Assembly (NCBI GenBank): GCA_015489365.1
Contig: WFZW01000189.1
Coordinates: forward strand, 1-59,628
DNA from: Deltaproteobacteria bacterium
GTDB lineage: Bacteria; Desulfobacterota; Dissulfuribacteria; Dissulfuribacterales; QOAL01
Direction: 5' to 3'
Length of the DNA: 59,628 nt
A program made the position numbers and the translations under genes. Numbering within the stretch: the first letter of the stretch is position 1; each line of letters begins with the position of its first letter. The notes under the pieces were generated by a model that saw only the letters and a list, made by a program, of their open reading frames with translations, ran no database searches and was not told the DNA's origin. Positions 24,574 to 33,317 of the stretch are shown here, in pieces.

Positions 24574-26154
24574 CTAGTTTCCAACTGGCCCTATATGTCG
24601 GTCAATCTCATCCAGGATTTCCTCGATCTGTCGGTTGGTATCAATCTCGATTAAATGTCTTTTCAGGGTGCCTGATGGAGGTGAAAAGGCCTTTTTCTGC
24701 CTTATGTATATCTCCCACCGGCCATCTGAAACCTGTCCGTCCTCCCTTATCCTGCTATTCAAGCGCCTTTTTACCTCCTCTTCCGGACACTTACATAGGA
24801 TGAAGTGTATATTAGAACCGGCCTCCTTGGATAGCTCCAGAAGCCTTTGCCTTTCCATGGCGTCTATGTACGTGGCATCAAGCACTACGGACCTACCGGT
24901 TACGATCCTTTTTGCAGCGGATCTCAGTAGCGCCGAGTAGGTCTTGCGTGTAAATTGTTTTCCATAGATGCCCTTGCCGTAGGCCTCAAGATGTCTTTGT
25001 GTTGCAGGTACCCGTGCAACCATCTCCTTCCGGATCCGGTCAGAATTGAACACTGGCAGACCATGGCGCCTGGCAAAGGATTCCGCAAGGGTGGATTTGC
25101 CGGTGCCGGACAGACCGAAAAAGCAATATATATCACCCGATCTCAAGCCGCCGGCATACCACAGGGCCAACCTGAAATAGTCTCCTGCCTGTTCCTTGGC
25201 CTTATCCCTGGTTGCTCTATCCACGGTCTCGTCTGACCATGTAAAACAACCAATCTTGCCCCTGACATAGGCCCTGTAACACATATAAAACCTTGAAAGT
25301 TTGAGGAGATCCGGATCACGTGTCATATCAGCAAAACGATCCATGAAATATCTTGAAAGGGGCAAGAGGCCATTGAAGTCAAGATCCATTGCGAGAAACG
25401 CCACGTCGGAGGCCACATCACCGCACCTGAATCGGTTGTTAAATTCTATGCAGTCGAAGATATAGACATCCTTTTTAGGTAGGTCAAAGCAGATATTTGC
25501 AGAGTATAGATCCCCATGGCCGTCCTTTATCCATCCTTGCTGCTGCCTTGCAAGAAACAGCTTTTCATGTTCCCGGATAAAGGACCTGGTAAAGCTGCAT
25601 ATGTGGTCGTAGGCATCAGGGTCTATTAATCGCCCTATATAATTCCTGGTCTGGTCAAAATTTTCCTCTGTATTTTGTATGATGACATCTAGATTCCCAT
25701 ATTGGGCCACCTCCGGTCCAGCATCTGCTTCTTTGTAAAAGGGTGTCAGCTTCCGATTGATGATGTCCATCTTCTCCTTGTCCATATCCTCCAAGGAGAT
25801 TAGGCGTTGCATCATGCCCTCTTCAGGCATGCGTTTCATGACCACTGCCCAGTCGATTACCTTTTCCCCTGTATTGAACAATATCTTGCCATCCTCCAGA
25901 CCTATTGAATAACAGTCCAGATAGATCTCAGGGCACAACCTTCTATTAAGACGCAATTCCTCAAGGCAGTAGAAATGCCTTTTTTCAACCGTAGTGAAAT
26001 CTAGGAATCCAAAATTTACCGGTTTCTTGATCTTGTACACCCTGTCTCCCACAAGGAATATCCACGAGATGTGGGTTTGGATCAATTTCACCTTATCTGC
26101 CTTGTTGGGATAGATCTCAGGCCTCATCAATTGTTCCATAAAATTCTGTATCAT
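24574..26154 (-). CDS. Bifunctional-looking protein: aminoglycoside-phosphotransferase-like kinase fold plus P-loop kinase domain
   Basis: 526 aa. The N-terminal half has HGDLYSANICF (APH-type HGDLxxxN). The C-terminal half has the P-loop GLSGTGKST. The stop abuts the bioF ATG. Confidence 0.7.
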   Translation of the reverse strand: MIQNFMEQLMRPEIYPNKADKVKLIQTHISWIFLVGDRVYKIKKPVNFGFLDFTTVEKRHFYCLEELRLNRRLCPEIYLDCYSIGLEDGKILFNTGEKVIDWAVVMKRMPEEGMMQRLISLEDMDKEKMDIINRKLTPFYKEADAGPEVAQYGNLDVIIQNTEENFDQTRNYIGRLIDPDAYDHICSFTRSFIREHEKLFLARQQQGWIKDGHGDLYSANICFDLPKKDVYIFDCIEFNNRFRCGDVASDVAFLAMDLDFNGLLPLSRYFMDRFADMTRDPDLLKLSRFYMCYRAYVRGKIGCFTWSDETVDRATRDKAKEQAGDYFRLALWYAGGLRSGDIYCFFGLSGTGKSTLAESFARRHGLPVFNSDRIRKEMVARVPATQRHLEAYGKGIYGKQFTRKTYSALLRSAAKRIVTGRSVVLDATYIDAMERQRLLELSKEAGSNIHFILCKCPEEEVKRRLNSRIREDGQVSDGRWEIYIRQKKAFSPPSGTLKRHLIEIDTNRQIEEILDEIDRHIGPVGN

Positions 26155-26193
26155 ATCAGATATAAAACCTTCTCCTGTAGGATGTTTGCCTGC

Positions 26194-26381
26194 CTAAACT
26201 TTCTTGCAGCCCATAACCCCTGAAACTGCGTTCTTCAAAACTTTCTGCTTTTTGCCCATGTATGTCCTATGTGTCCATGGCTAAGTAAAATATAAAATAC
26301 ATTTTCGGATAAAATTCCATGCGGCCCATACCTTGCGCCCCTCCTCGATATGAAGGTTCGATCTTTATGTACTGTAGGATC
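26194..26381 (+). repeat. Tandem copy of the intergenic repeat family (module 2, module 1, module 2)
   Basis: AAACTTTCTTGCAGCCCATAACCCCTG; then CCCATGTATGTCCTATGTGTCCATGGCTAAGTAAAATATAAAATACATTTTCGGATAAAATT; then CCATGCGGCCCATACCTTGCGCCC...GATATGAAGG. Confidence 0.75.
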
Positions 26382-26572
26382 AAACTTCGGCTAGCCTGGA
26401 AACGCCTCGGACCATCCAAGGCTTGATTACCACCAGGCACAAAGTTATGCTGTCACCATATGGTACTACAATAACCTATCAGCCCTGGAAGTTATCCATA
26501 AAAAGGTCTCTAGGGCACCGATTACAGAGGGACCAGTAGTTTAGAGGTTAAATTGCATTGGAGAGAAATACA

Positions 26573-27142
26573 ATGGGCGAAATAAGGAGTTCATTCGAGA
26601 TTGCCATGGAAAAGGCCGATAGGCTCGGCAAGATGAATCGTGAGGAACTTGAATCAAGAAAGTGGAATGAAGAAGGGAAAAGGATAGCAGCATCCTTTCT
26701 TGCAGGGAAGGTAGAAAGGCTTCAGGACAGGCTTCAAGATATTCCAGGCAACGCAATAAGGTATACCTTGGATGGCGCCACGGAATGTCTCCTGAGAAAT
26801 GTGGTCTTACCCAGGGACAAAGATCAATGGCAAACCATTGAAAGGGCGTTAAAGGGGCTTGTGGAATTGAAGGGAAGTATGGCGCGTCAGGTGGTCCCAC
26901 GCATTGAAGAACTTCTAAGGGGATACGAACAGACGGTGGACAGCTACATGAAACAATTCAAGGCACAGGTTCAAGCCCAGGCCGGAATGGAAGGGTACGG
27001 TGCCGGACAATCAGCTGGAGAGGGTAGGGGGCTCGACCTGAATTCCGTGGCTGCTATGCAGCAGGAATGGTCCAGGATCTCATCAGAAATAGCGGAACAA
27101 TTTGATAAGCAGTTGACACCCTTAAAGGAATATCTGAAATAG
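26573..27142 (+). CDS. Hypothetical protein
   Basis: 189 aa from the ATG at 26573 (GGAGAG 7 nt upstream). Mostly helical/charged with no motif I recognise. It ends 14 nt before larB. Confidence 0.55.
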   Translation: MGEIRSSFEIAMEKADRLGKMNREELESRKWNEEGKRIAASFLAGKVERLQDRLQDIPGNAIRYTLDGATECLLRNVVLPRDKDQWQTIERALKGLVELKGSMARQVVPRIEELLRGYEQTVDSYMKQFKAQVQAQAGMEGYGAGQSAGEGRGLDLNSVAAMQQEWSRISSEIAEQFDKQLTPLKEYLK

Positions 27143-27155
27143 CATTGTCCTTGAA

Positions 27156-27938
27156 ATGAACGAAAAATCCATCCGTTCGCTGTTGGAATCCGTAAGGAGC
27201 GGTAATGTTTCGGTGGAGGATGCCATAGAGACACTGCGCCGTTTACCCTTTGAGGACATTGGCTGGGCGTGTATCGATCACCACCGACAGTTACGTGAGG
27301 GATTCCCGGAGGTAATATACGGACCTGGCAAGACACCTAAACAACTGGTGGAAATCATAAAGAGACTGATGGAAACGGGGGGGCCCTTGCTGGTAACCAG
27401 GGTGTCAAGGAGACAAGCCGACTACGTGCTCGATCGGTTACCCATGATAGAATACCACCCAGATGCCCGTGCCATGAGCTGGGTATCACCTAAGGATCAT
27501 GCGGAAAAGAAGGCACTGTCGAATGATATCTTGGTCATTGCTGCAGGCACTGCGGACATGCCCATAGCACGGGAGGCATGCCTTACCCTGAGATTAATGG
27601 GACAGGGCTACAAAGAACTGTTCGATGTGGGGGTGGCCGGAGTTCATCGCCTGCTGGGGAGGCTTGACATGCTTGCGGCTGCGAAGGTCATAATTGCAAT
27701 AGCAGGCATGGATGGGGCACTGCCTAGTCTCATAGGAGGCCTTAGTAGCGTACCTGTAATAGCCGTACCAACCAGTACTGGATATGGAGCCAATTTCAAC
27801 GGTGTGGCACCGTTGCTTACCATGTTGAATTCCTGTTCCACAGGCGTTGCGGTGGTAAATATAGACAATGGCTTCGGGGCAGCAGTGCTTGCCGCAATGA
27901 TAAGCAAGGGTGCAGTGGGACCTTGTCAATCCTCCTAG
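27156..27938 (+). CDS. larB: Nickel-pincer cofactor biosynthesis protein LarB (PurE-like)
   Basis: 260 aa. The N-terminal region reads ...LPFEDIGWACIDHHRQLREGFPEVIYGPGKT. The C-terminal half is a PurE/AIR-carboxylase-like domain (VIAAGTADMPIA, AIAGMDGALPS). Confidence 0.8.
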   Translation: MNEKSIRSLLESVRSGNVSVEDAIETLRRLPFEDIGWACIDHHRQLREGFPEVIYGPGKTPKQLVEIIKRLMETGGPLLVTRVSRRQADYVLDRLPMIEYHPDARAMSWVSPKDHAEKKALSNDILVIAAGTADMPIAREACLTLRLMGQGYKELFDVGVAGVHRLLGRLDMLAAAKVIIAIAGMDGALPSLIGGLSSVPVIAVPTSTGYGANFNGVAPLLTMLNSCSTGVAVVNIDNGFGAAVLAAMISKGAVGPCQSS

Positions 27939-28026
27939 CAATCTTCCACGCTGCCCGCTTATGCAAATTTTTCGTACCTATTCACATTTTTGTCCGCAAG
28001 GGAATGTGAACGGATATTTTCCATGA

Positions 28027-28137
28027 TTACGATTTTCCAGGAATAAGCCCCTTTGCCCTAAGCTTCATCCTCTTTTTTTTGCGCCTGCGCCTTCTTTCGA
28101 TTTCCCTTCTTCTCTCTATTTTCTTGTGTCTAGCCAT
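28027..28137 (-). CDS. 36-aa hyper-basic microprotein (hypothetical)
   Basis: MARHKKIERRREIERRRRRKKKRMKLRAKGLIPGKS has 19 of 36 residues K/R. A perfect AGGAGG lies 7 nt upstream of the ATG (AAGGAGGGATTATATG). The track ORF (28027..28251) extends upstream without an SD. Confidence 0.5.
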   Translation of the reverse strand: MARHKKIERRREIERRRRRKKKRMKLRAKGLIPGKS

Positions 28138-28385
28138 ATAATCCCTCCTTTTTTTTGCATGGAACAAGATAAATGATAAACGGAAAATACCGCCTAATCC
28201 CGCACAAGGCAATAGGGGGGCCGATCTCCCTGTTCGTCTGTCCGTTCGCACTACCTAGACCATGCATACAACCAGCTTGAATTTTCCTTGAAATAGCCAA
28301 GCCTGTGACATAAGATTAGCCCCAGTTCAGCCTTCAATATATTTGTGCCAACTGGTCCACTTAGAAGCAGGAGTTTCAAGGGAAA

Positions 28386-28988
28386 GTGAAGGTAAAAAAT
28401 TGGATGGTCAAGGATGTGATCACTGTTTCACCCAAGGCCTCTGTCAAGGATGCGATAGAGCTGATGCATCGTCACTCCATAAGGCATTTACCGGTGATAG
28501 ACAACGGTACCATGCAAGGGCTTGTGACAGAGAGCAATCTGCGCCAATATTTTTTCCCGGCGATGGTTGAGGATATATCGGTCTCCGATGTGATGATCGT
28601 AAATCCTATAATCATAGACCCGAATGCCAGCGTCGATTCGGCTGCAAGATTAATCCATCAATTCAAGATAGGCGGACTGCCAGTACTTGAAAAGAGAAAA
28701 TTGGTGGGCATTATCACCATCACCGATATCTTGGCGGCCTTTATAGAACTCCTTGGCCTGTTAAAGGAAAGTTCCCGTGTGGATGTCATTATCGATGAAC
28801 GGGTTGGAAACATAGACGATGTCCTCAGATTGATCCGAAAGGAAGGGGGCAAGGTCATGAGTGTAGGGGTAGAGACCCAGACAACCAAGAAAAAGGTCCA
28901 TTACATCAGGTTGGAGAAAGGGGAGTTGAAACCCATAGTAGAGGCAATCGAGGCATTGGGACACAGGGTTGTTTCAATATTGGATTGA
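28386..28988 (+). CDS. CBS-pair plus ACT-like domain protein
   Basis: 200 aa with two CBS repeats (VMVKDVITVSP..., VSDVMIVNPIIIDP...) and a C-terminal ACT-like ~70 aa. GTG start. Confidence 0.75.
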   Translation: MKVKNWMVKDVITVSPKASVKDAIELMHRHSIRHLPVIDNGTMQGLVTESNLRQYFFPAMVEDISVSDVMIVNPIIIDPNASVDSAARLIHQFKIGGLPVLEKRKLVGIITITDILAAFIELLGLLKESSRVDVIIDERVGNIDDVLRLIRKEGGKVMSVGVETQTTKKKVHYIRLEKGELKPIVEAIEALGHRVVSILD

Positions 28989-29030
28989 GACACAATGGGA
29001 AGGACCTTGTAAAACAACCGGGATATCTAG

Positions 29031-30209
29031 ATGAGTCATTATCAGATTAGCAAAAGCCTGGAAGAAATAAACGAGAAAATCCGTTCAGGTAGGGCAGTTG
29101 TGGTTACTGCCGAGGAAATGATCGGGATTGTTAGAAAACAAGGAGATGTCAAGGCCGCCCAGAAGGTAGACGTAGTAACCACTGGCACGTTTTCACCCAT
29201 GTGTTCCTCAGGGGCCTTTATCAATTTTGGTCACAGTGTACCCGGAATCAAGGCATCACAGGTATGGATCAACGGCGTTCCTGCATATGCCGGTTTGGCC
29301 GCAGTGGACATATACATAGGGGCTACCGAACCAAGGGTAGACGATCCCTTGAATCTCAAATATCCTGGAGAGTTCCCCTATGGAGGCGGGCATGTCATAC
29401 AGGACCTTGTGGCGGGAAAGACGGTTCATCTAAGGGCTGAGGCCTACTCAACCCATTGCTATCCAAGAAAGACACTGGATAAGAGGGTCACCCTTTCCGA
29501 TCTGCCGTTTGCCCAGCTTTGCAATCCCAGGAATGCCTACCAGAACTACAATTGTGCGATAAACGTCACGGACAAGACCGTCTATACCTACATGGGTACA
29601 TTAAGGCCTAGGATGGGCAATGCAAATTACTGCACCAGTGGACAGCTCAGTCCACTCTTTAATGATCCGTATTACCAGACGATCGGCATAGGTACGCGAA
29701 TATTCCTTGGCGGTGGAATCGGCTATGTGGTATCGGCTGGAACCCAGCACAACCCTGGGGTTCCACGTACGGAAAGAGGGCTTCCAAAACGACCAGCTGG
29801 CACCCTCATGGTGATAGGGGATCTGAAACATATGAATTCCAGGTGGCTTGTTGGGGTTAGCCTTCTCGGTTACGGCTGTTCACTTGCAGTGGGACTTGGC
29901 GTACCGATCCCAATCCTAAACGAGGAGATTGCCTTTAGAACAGGAGTCTCTGATGATGATATAGTCACCCAGGTGGTAGATTATGGAAAGGATTATCCAA
30001 AAGGGCAGGGCCAAAGCCTGAAAGAGGTGACGTACGCCCAGTTGAAGACGGGCATGATAAAAATTGGGGACAAGGAGGTAAAAACAGCACCGCTTTCCAG
30101 CTATGTAAGGGCCAGGGAGATAGCCCAGATATTAAAGGACTGGATATCCACCGGGAAATTTCTGCTCGGTAAGCCCCAGGAGTTATTGCCCTCTGAAGTT
30201 GAAACGTGA
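29031..30209 (+). CDS. DUF39/COG1900 homocysteine-biosynthesis (sulfur incorporation) protein
   Basis: 392 aa. The N-terminus ...GRAVVVTAEEM...VDVVTTGTF and the overall layout match COG1900 proteins. Confidence 0.8.
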   Translation: MSHYQISKSLEEINEKIRSGRAVVVTAEEMIGIVRKQGDVKAAQKVDVVTTGTFSPMCSSGAFINFGHSVPGIKASQVWINGVPAYAGLAAVDIYIGATEPRVDDPLNLKYPGEFPYGGGHVIQDLVAGKTVHLRAEAYSTHCYPRKTLDKRVTLSDLPFAQLCNPRNAYQNYNCAINVTDKTVYTYMGTLRPRMGNANYCTSGQLSPLFNDPYYQTIGIGTRIFLGGGIGYVVSAGTQHNPGVPRTERGLPKRPAGTLMVIGDLKHMNSRWLVGVSLLGYGCSLAVGLGVPIPILNEEIAFRTGVSDDDIVTQVVDYGKDYPKGQGQSLKEVTYAQLKTGMIKIGDKEVKTAPLSSYVRAREIAQILKDWISTGKFLLGKPQELLPSEVET

Positions 30210-30979
30210 AAGTTGAAATAAAGGTCCAACGGCTGACCGATATGCTTATGGACCTACGGGGTGGGATAGGCATAGGATTTTCAGGCGGGGTAGACAGCTC
30301 CTATCTGGTATACAGTGCGGAAAGGGCACGGCCAGGGAGGGTGACGGCCTTCTTTTTCTACTCCGCATTTATATCATCCCGGGAACTTAAGTGGGCCACT
30401 CACATGGCCAATGAGATCGGCGTAAGGTTCCATGTCGTAGAGTGGGATCCGCTAGGGCATGCAAACATAAGGGAAAATAGTACAATTCGTTGCTATTATT
30501 GCAAATTTACAATCTACAATCTCCTTGTACGCAAGTGCAAGATATTGGGTCTGGGTCATCTGCTGGACGGTACCCAGGCGGATGACCTAAGGAGGGATCG
30601 CCCGGGCCTCAAGGCCCTGGGACAATTGGGTGTAAGGACACCCTTGGCCGATGTGGGGCTTGGCAAAGATGAGATTAGGCGATTAAGTCTGCTGGCAGGT
30701 CTTTCTAGTTGGAACAGGGAGAGTCAATCTTGCCTTGCCACAAGGATTCGCCATGGAATACCACTTTCAATGGAATTATTGACCAGGGTTGATATGGTAG
30801 AAGGGTTGCTGCAAAGGCTTGGGGCGATGAATTCCAGGTTTGAAATACTTGGTAATGGGGTAGGCAGGTTGATCATAAGAGATGCGGACTGGAGGTATGT
30901 GGAACCACATATGGATAAAATCAAGGGATTGGTTTTTGATCTGGGATTTAAAGAGATGAAAATTTGTCAAATTACTTGA
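30206..30979 (+). CDS. larE: PP-loop ATP-dependent sulfur transferase LarE
   Basis: 257 aa with the PP-loop FSGGVDSS, RCYYCK, DGTQADDLRRDRPG and SQSCLATRI. The GTG start overlaps the DUF39 stop (GTGA). Confidence 0.8.
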   Translation: MKVEIKVQRLTDMLMDLRGGIGIGFSGGVDSSYLVYSAERARPGRVTAFFFYSAFISSRELKWATHMANEIGVRFHVVEWDPLGHANIRENSTIRCYYCKFTIYNLLVRKCKILGLGHLLDGTQADDLRRDRPGLKALGQLGVRTPLADVGLGKDEIRRLSLLAGLSSWNRESQSCLATRIRHGIPLSMELLTRVDMVEGLLQRLGAMNSRFEILGNGVGRLIIRDADWRYVEPHMDKIKGLVFDLGFKEMKICQIT

Positions 30980-31084
30980 TTTTACCTGGACAGGGCGAAT
31001 GAAGGATTGTATAAGGCTAACTTTAATGGCATATTAAAAGAAGGCTTAAAATAACCCTGATTAACATGAACTGGGAGGGTACAT

Positions 31085-31357
31085 ATGAACAAAGGACAAT
31101 TAGTTGATCAAATGGCACAGGCGGCTGGTATTTCCAAGAATGCAGCGGAAAGGGCACTGAATGGATTCATGGATGCGGTGACCGATGCCCTTGCTTCAGG
31201 GGACAAGGTGACCCTCATAGGATTTGGCACCTTTTCCGTATCTGAGAGAAAGGCACGTACAGGCAGAAATCCTCAAACGGGTGAACCCCTTGAGATTCCG
31301 GCAAAGAAGGTTGTAAGATTCAAACCTGGAACAAGACTGTCCGAAGCAGTCGACTAA
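31085..31357 (+). CDS. hup: HU/IHF-family DNA-binding protein
   Basis: 90 aa with MNKGQLVDQMA...GFGTFSVSERKARTGRNPQTGEPLEIPA. GGAGGG SD upstream. Confidence 0.95.
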   Translation: MNKGQLVDQMAQAAGISKNAAERALNGFMDAVTDALASGDKVTLIGFGTFSVSERKARTGRNPQTGEPLEIPAKKVVRFKPGTRLSEAVD

Positions 31358-31363
31358 AGGCGA

Positions 31364-32650
31364 TCAGTATAGAAGTTTACAGAAGAATACAGCTGCCAAG
31401 AATCCAGCCAGGTCTGCCATCAAAGCAGCTGCAATAGCATATCTAGCCTTGTAGATTCCGACAGCCCCAAAGTAAACGGCCATAACATAAAATGTGGTTT
31501 CTGTGGAGCCTTGGATGGTTGCAGCCAGGAATGCCGCAAAGCCATTGGGGTCCCTGGCTGTAATCTCACTCATCAGCCCAAAGGCCCCGGAGCCTGACAA
31601 AGGCCTCAAAAGGGCCACAGGTATAACCTCTGGAGGTATTCCTGCCAGGTCTGTCAAGGGACGTAGCAACGATGCCATCAATTTGAATGCCCCTGAGGCC
31701 CTAAACATGCCCACGGCCACCAGAATCATTACGAGAAACGGGATAAGCCGCACCGCCACCTTGAATCCTTCCTTGGCACCATCTATCGCCACCTCGTATA
31801 CAGGTACCCCCTTTGCATAACCATAGCCAACTAGCCCAAGGATCAAGAGGGGAACAAGCCAATGGGAGAGTTCTCCAACGGCCATTGTTCCACTGAACAT
31901 ACGATAACCCGCCATCAATAGCAGGAAGATGAGCCCTATCAAAACTAGTAACGCCCTGGTGGGCTCAAAACCAGGTGCCTTGTTTTCTGGACCAGGGACG
32001 GGCATTGATGCCTGTTGTTCCTCCGTGGGGTTTATAGATGAGGCCTGAGAACTACCTGATACTTCCACGGCCAGAGCTTGCCACTTTCTCTTAAGAATCT
32101 TTGCTGCAATGACCGCCACAAGGGTTGAACAGGACGTGGCCAGGATGGTTGGTATCAAGATGGCCGCTGGTTCGGCGGCACCGGCAGCGGCTCTGACGCC
32201 TATCACCCCAAGTGGCAGAAGCGTTACATTGGAGGTATTGATTGCAAGAAAAAGGCACATGGCATCAGTCGCCACGCCGGGGCAGGGATTCAAACGATTT
32301 AAGGCCATCATGGCCCTGATGCCCAGGGGGGTGGCGGCGTTTCCAAGACCCATGGCATTGGCTGACATATTCAGAACCATGGCCGACATGGCAGGATCGG
32401 TAGCCGGAACATCCGGGAAAAGCCATCTCATCACGGGACGGATTCCCCTGGCTATCAGGTCCATCAATCCGCCAGCCTCTGCCACCTTGACAAGCCCAAG
32501 CCACAAGGCCATAGCACCTATAAGGCCCAAGGCGAGATCAACGCCACTTTTGGCCGATTCAAAGGATGCCTTGGTGATCCTATCCATGGTGCCGTTGAAT
32601 CCGGCGAGCATTATGGATACTCCGATTAGGAAGAACCATATCTGATTCAT
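31364..32650 (-). CDS. Nucleoside-recognition (Gate) domain membrane protein, fused SpmA/SpmB-like
   Basis: Polytopic protein. I prefer the start at MNQIWFFLIG (typical SpmA N-terminus). The longer track start at 32734 lies inside a repeat copy. Confidence 0.6.
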   Translation of the reverse strand: MNQIWFFLIGVSIMLAGFNGTMDRITKASFESAKSGVDLALGLIGAMALWLGLVKVAEAGGLMDLIARGIRPVMRWLFPDVPATDPAMSAMVLNMSANAMGLGNAATPLGIRAMMALNRLNPCPGVATDAMCLFLAINTSNVTLLPLGVIGVRAAAGAAEPAAILIPTILATSCSTLVAVIAAKILKRKWQALAVEVSGSSQASSINPTEEQQASMPVPGPENKAPGFEPTRALLVLIGLIFLLLMAGYRMFSGTMAVGELSHWLVPLLILGLVGYGYAKGVPVYEVAIDGAKEGFKVAVRLIPFLVMILVAVGMFRASGAFKLMASLLRPLTDLAGIPPEVIPVALLRPLSGSGAFGLMSEITARDPNGFAAFLAATIQGSTETTFYVMAVYFGAVGIYKARYAIAAALMADLAGFLAAVFFCKLLY

Positions 32651-32719
32651 GAGGGAAGAGCCTGTCTTGCCTTGGGATCCATTGGTCGATCTTTTAGCCA
32701 CCTTTGTAACTCCTTTTTG

Positions 32720-32830
32720 TCCATGTATGTCCATGGTCCATGGCTAATCAAAAATAGATTTTCGGATAAAATTAGTTGCCGCCACGTATGTCCAAAATTC
32801 AAGTTGGCAGGGCATCTGGACGATTATAAT
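32720..32830 (+). repeat. Intergenic repeat family, module 1 plus degenerate module 2
   Basis: TCCATGTATGTCCATGGTCCATGGCTAATCAAAAATAGATTTTCGGATAAAATT matches 26255-26326. The following AGTTGCCGCCACGTATGTCC...GGCAGGGCATCTGG is a weak module 2. Confidence 0.65.
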
Positions 32831-32871
32831 AACAAGATGTAGGGTAGGAAGCCTACAACAACACAATAAAA

Positions 32872-33303
32872 ATGTATATCTCATCTTATCACATACAAAA
32901 CGTTATTCGGGCCTATGGCCAGCGGATAGAGCGACGAAGTTTATCCACGTTCAAACCTGCGAACGTTACGCCCGGGCCGGATTCCATATCCATATCGTCC
33001 CAGGCGAAACAGAGACAGGTTACTGAAAAGGTGGCAAAGGAAATCGTGTCCAGGGCCACGGGTAGGACTGCCAGTAGCGATATCAGCCGGGCGTTGGTCG
33101 ATCGGCTTGAATCGGAATTTGGTGGTACATTAGACGTTCTTTCTGACAAGGAAAAGGATACAGAATTCAAGTTTAGGGTTATTGATGCCGATAAGGGGGA
33201 AATCATAAAGGAACTTTCTTCTCAGCATGTTCACGAAGTAATCGAGAAACTGTATAATATTATTGAAAGACAGGCGACAAGGAACGGATCCAATACGGAT
33301 TGA
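32872..33303 (+). CDS. FlgM-associated small protein (conserved partner upstream of flgM in Desulfovibrio-type genomes)
   Basis: 143 aa starting MYISSYHIQNVIRAYGQ. It lies 15 nt upstream of flgM. The family assignment is from memory of DVU0524-like proteins and is unverified. Confidence 0.45.
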   Translation: MYISSYHIQNVIRAYGQRIERRSLSTFKPANVTPGPDSISISSQAKQRQVTEKVAKEIVSRATGRTASSDISRALVDRLESEFGGTLDVLSDKEKDTEFKFRVIDADKGEIIKELSSQHVHEVIEKLYNIIERQATRNGSNTD

Positions 33304-33317
33304 ATGGAGTTGATACC

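Noticed and set aside
27981-28010. 8-bp AT-rich hairpin TTCACATT/AATGTGAA between larB and the microprotein gene, as a bidirectional terminator
   Set aside because: The stem is weak and the loop is 14 nt. I mention it only as context for the microprotein and do not annotate it as a feature.
32651-32734. 28-codon N-terminal extension of the SpmAB-like gene in the ORF track
   Set aside because: The extension is encoded by repeat module 1, and the canonical MNQIWFF start lies downstream. It is probably not translated, though neither start has a good SD.
32720-32774. Repeat module 1 read as a promoter: a sigma-28-like TCGGATAA, or on the opposite strand TTGATT-N17-ATACAT
   Set aside because: TCGGATAA mismatches the consensus at two positions and the -35 spacing is wrong. 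The TTGATT to ATACAT spacing varies between copies (about 10, 17 or 19 nt), which is inconsistent with a conserved promoter.
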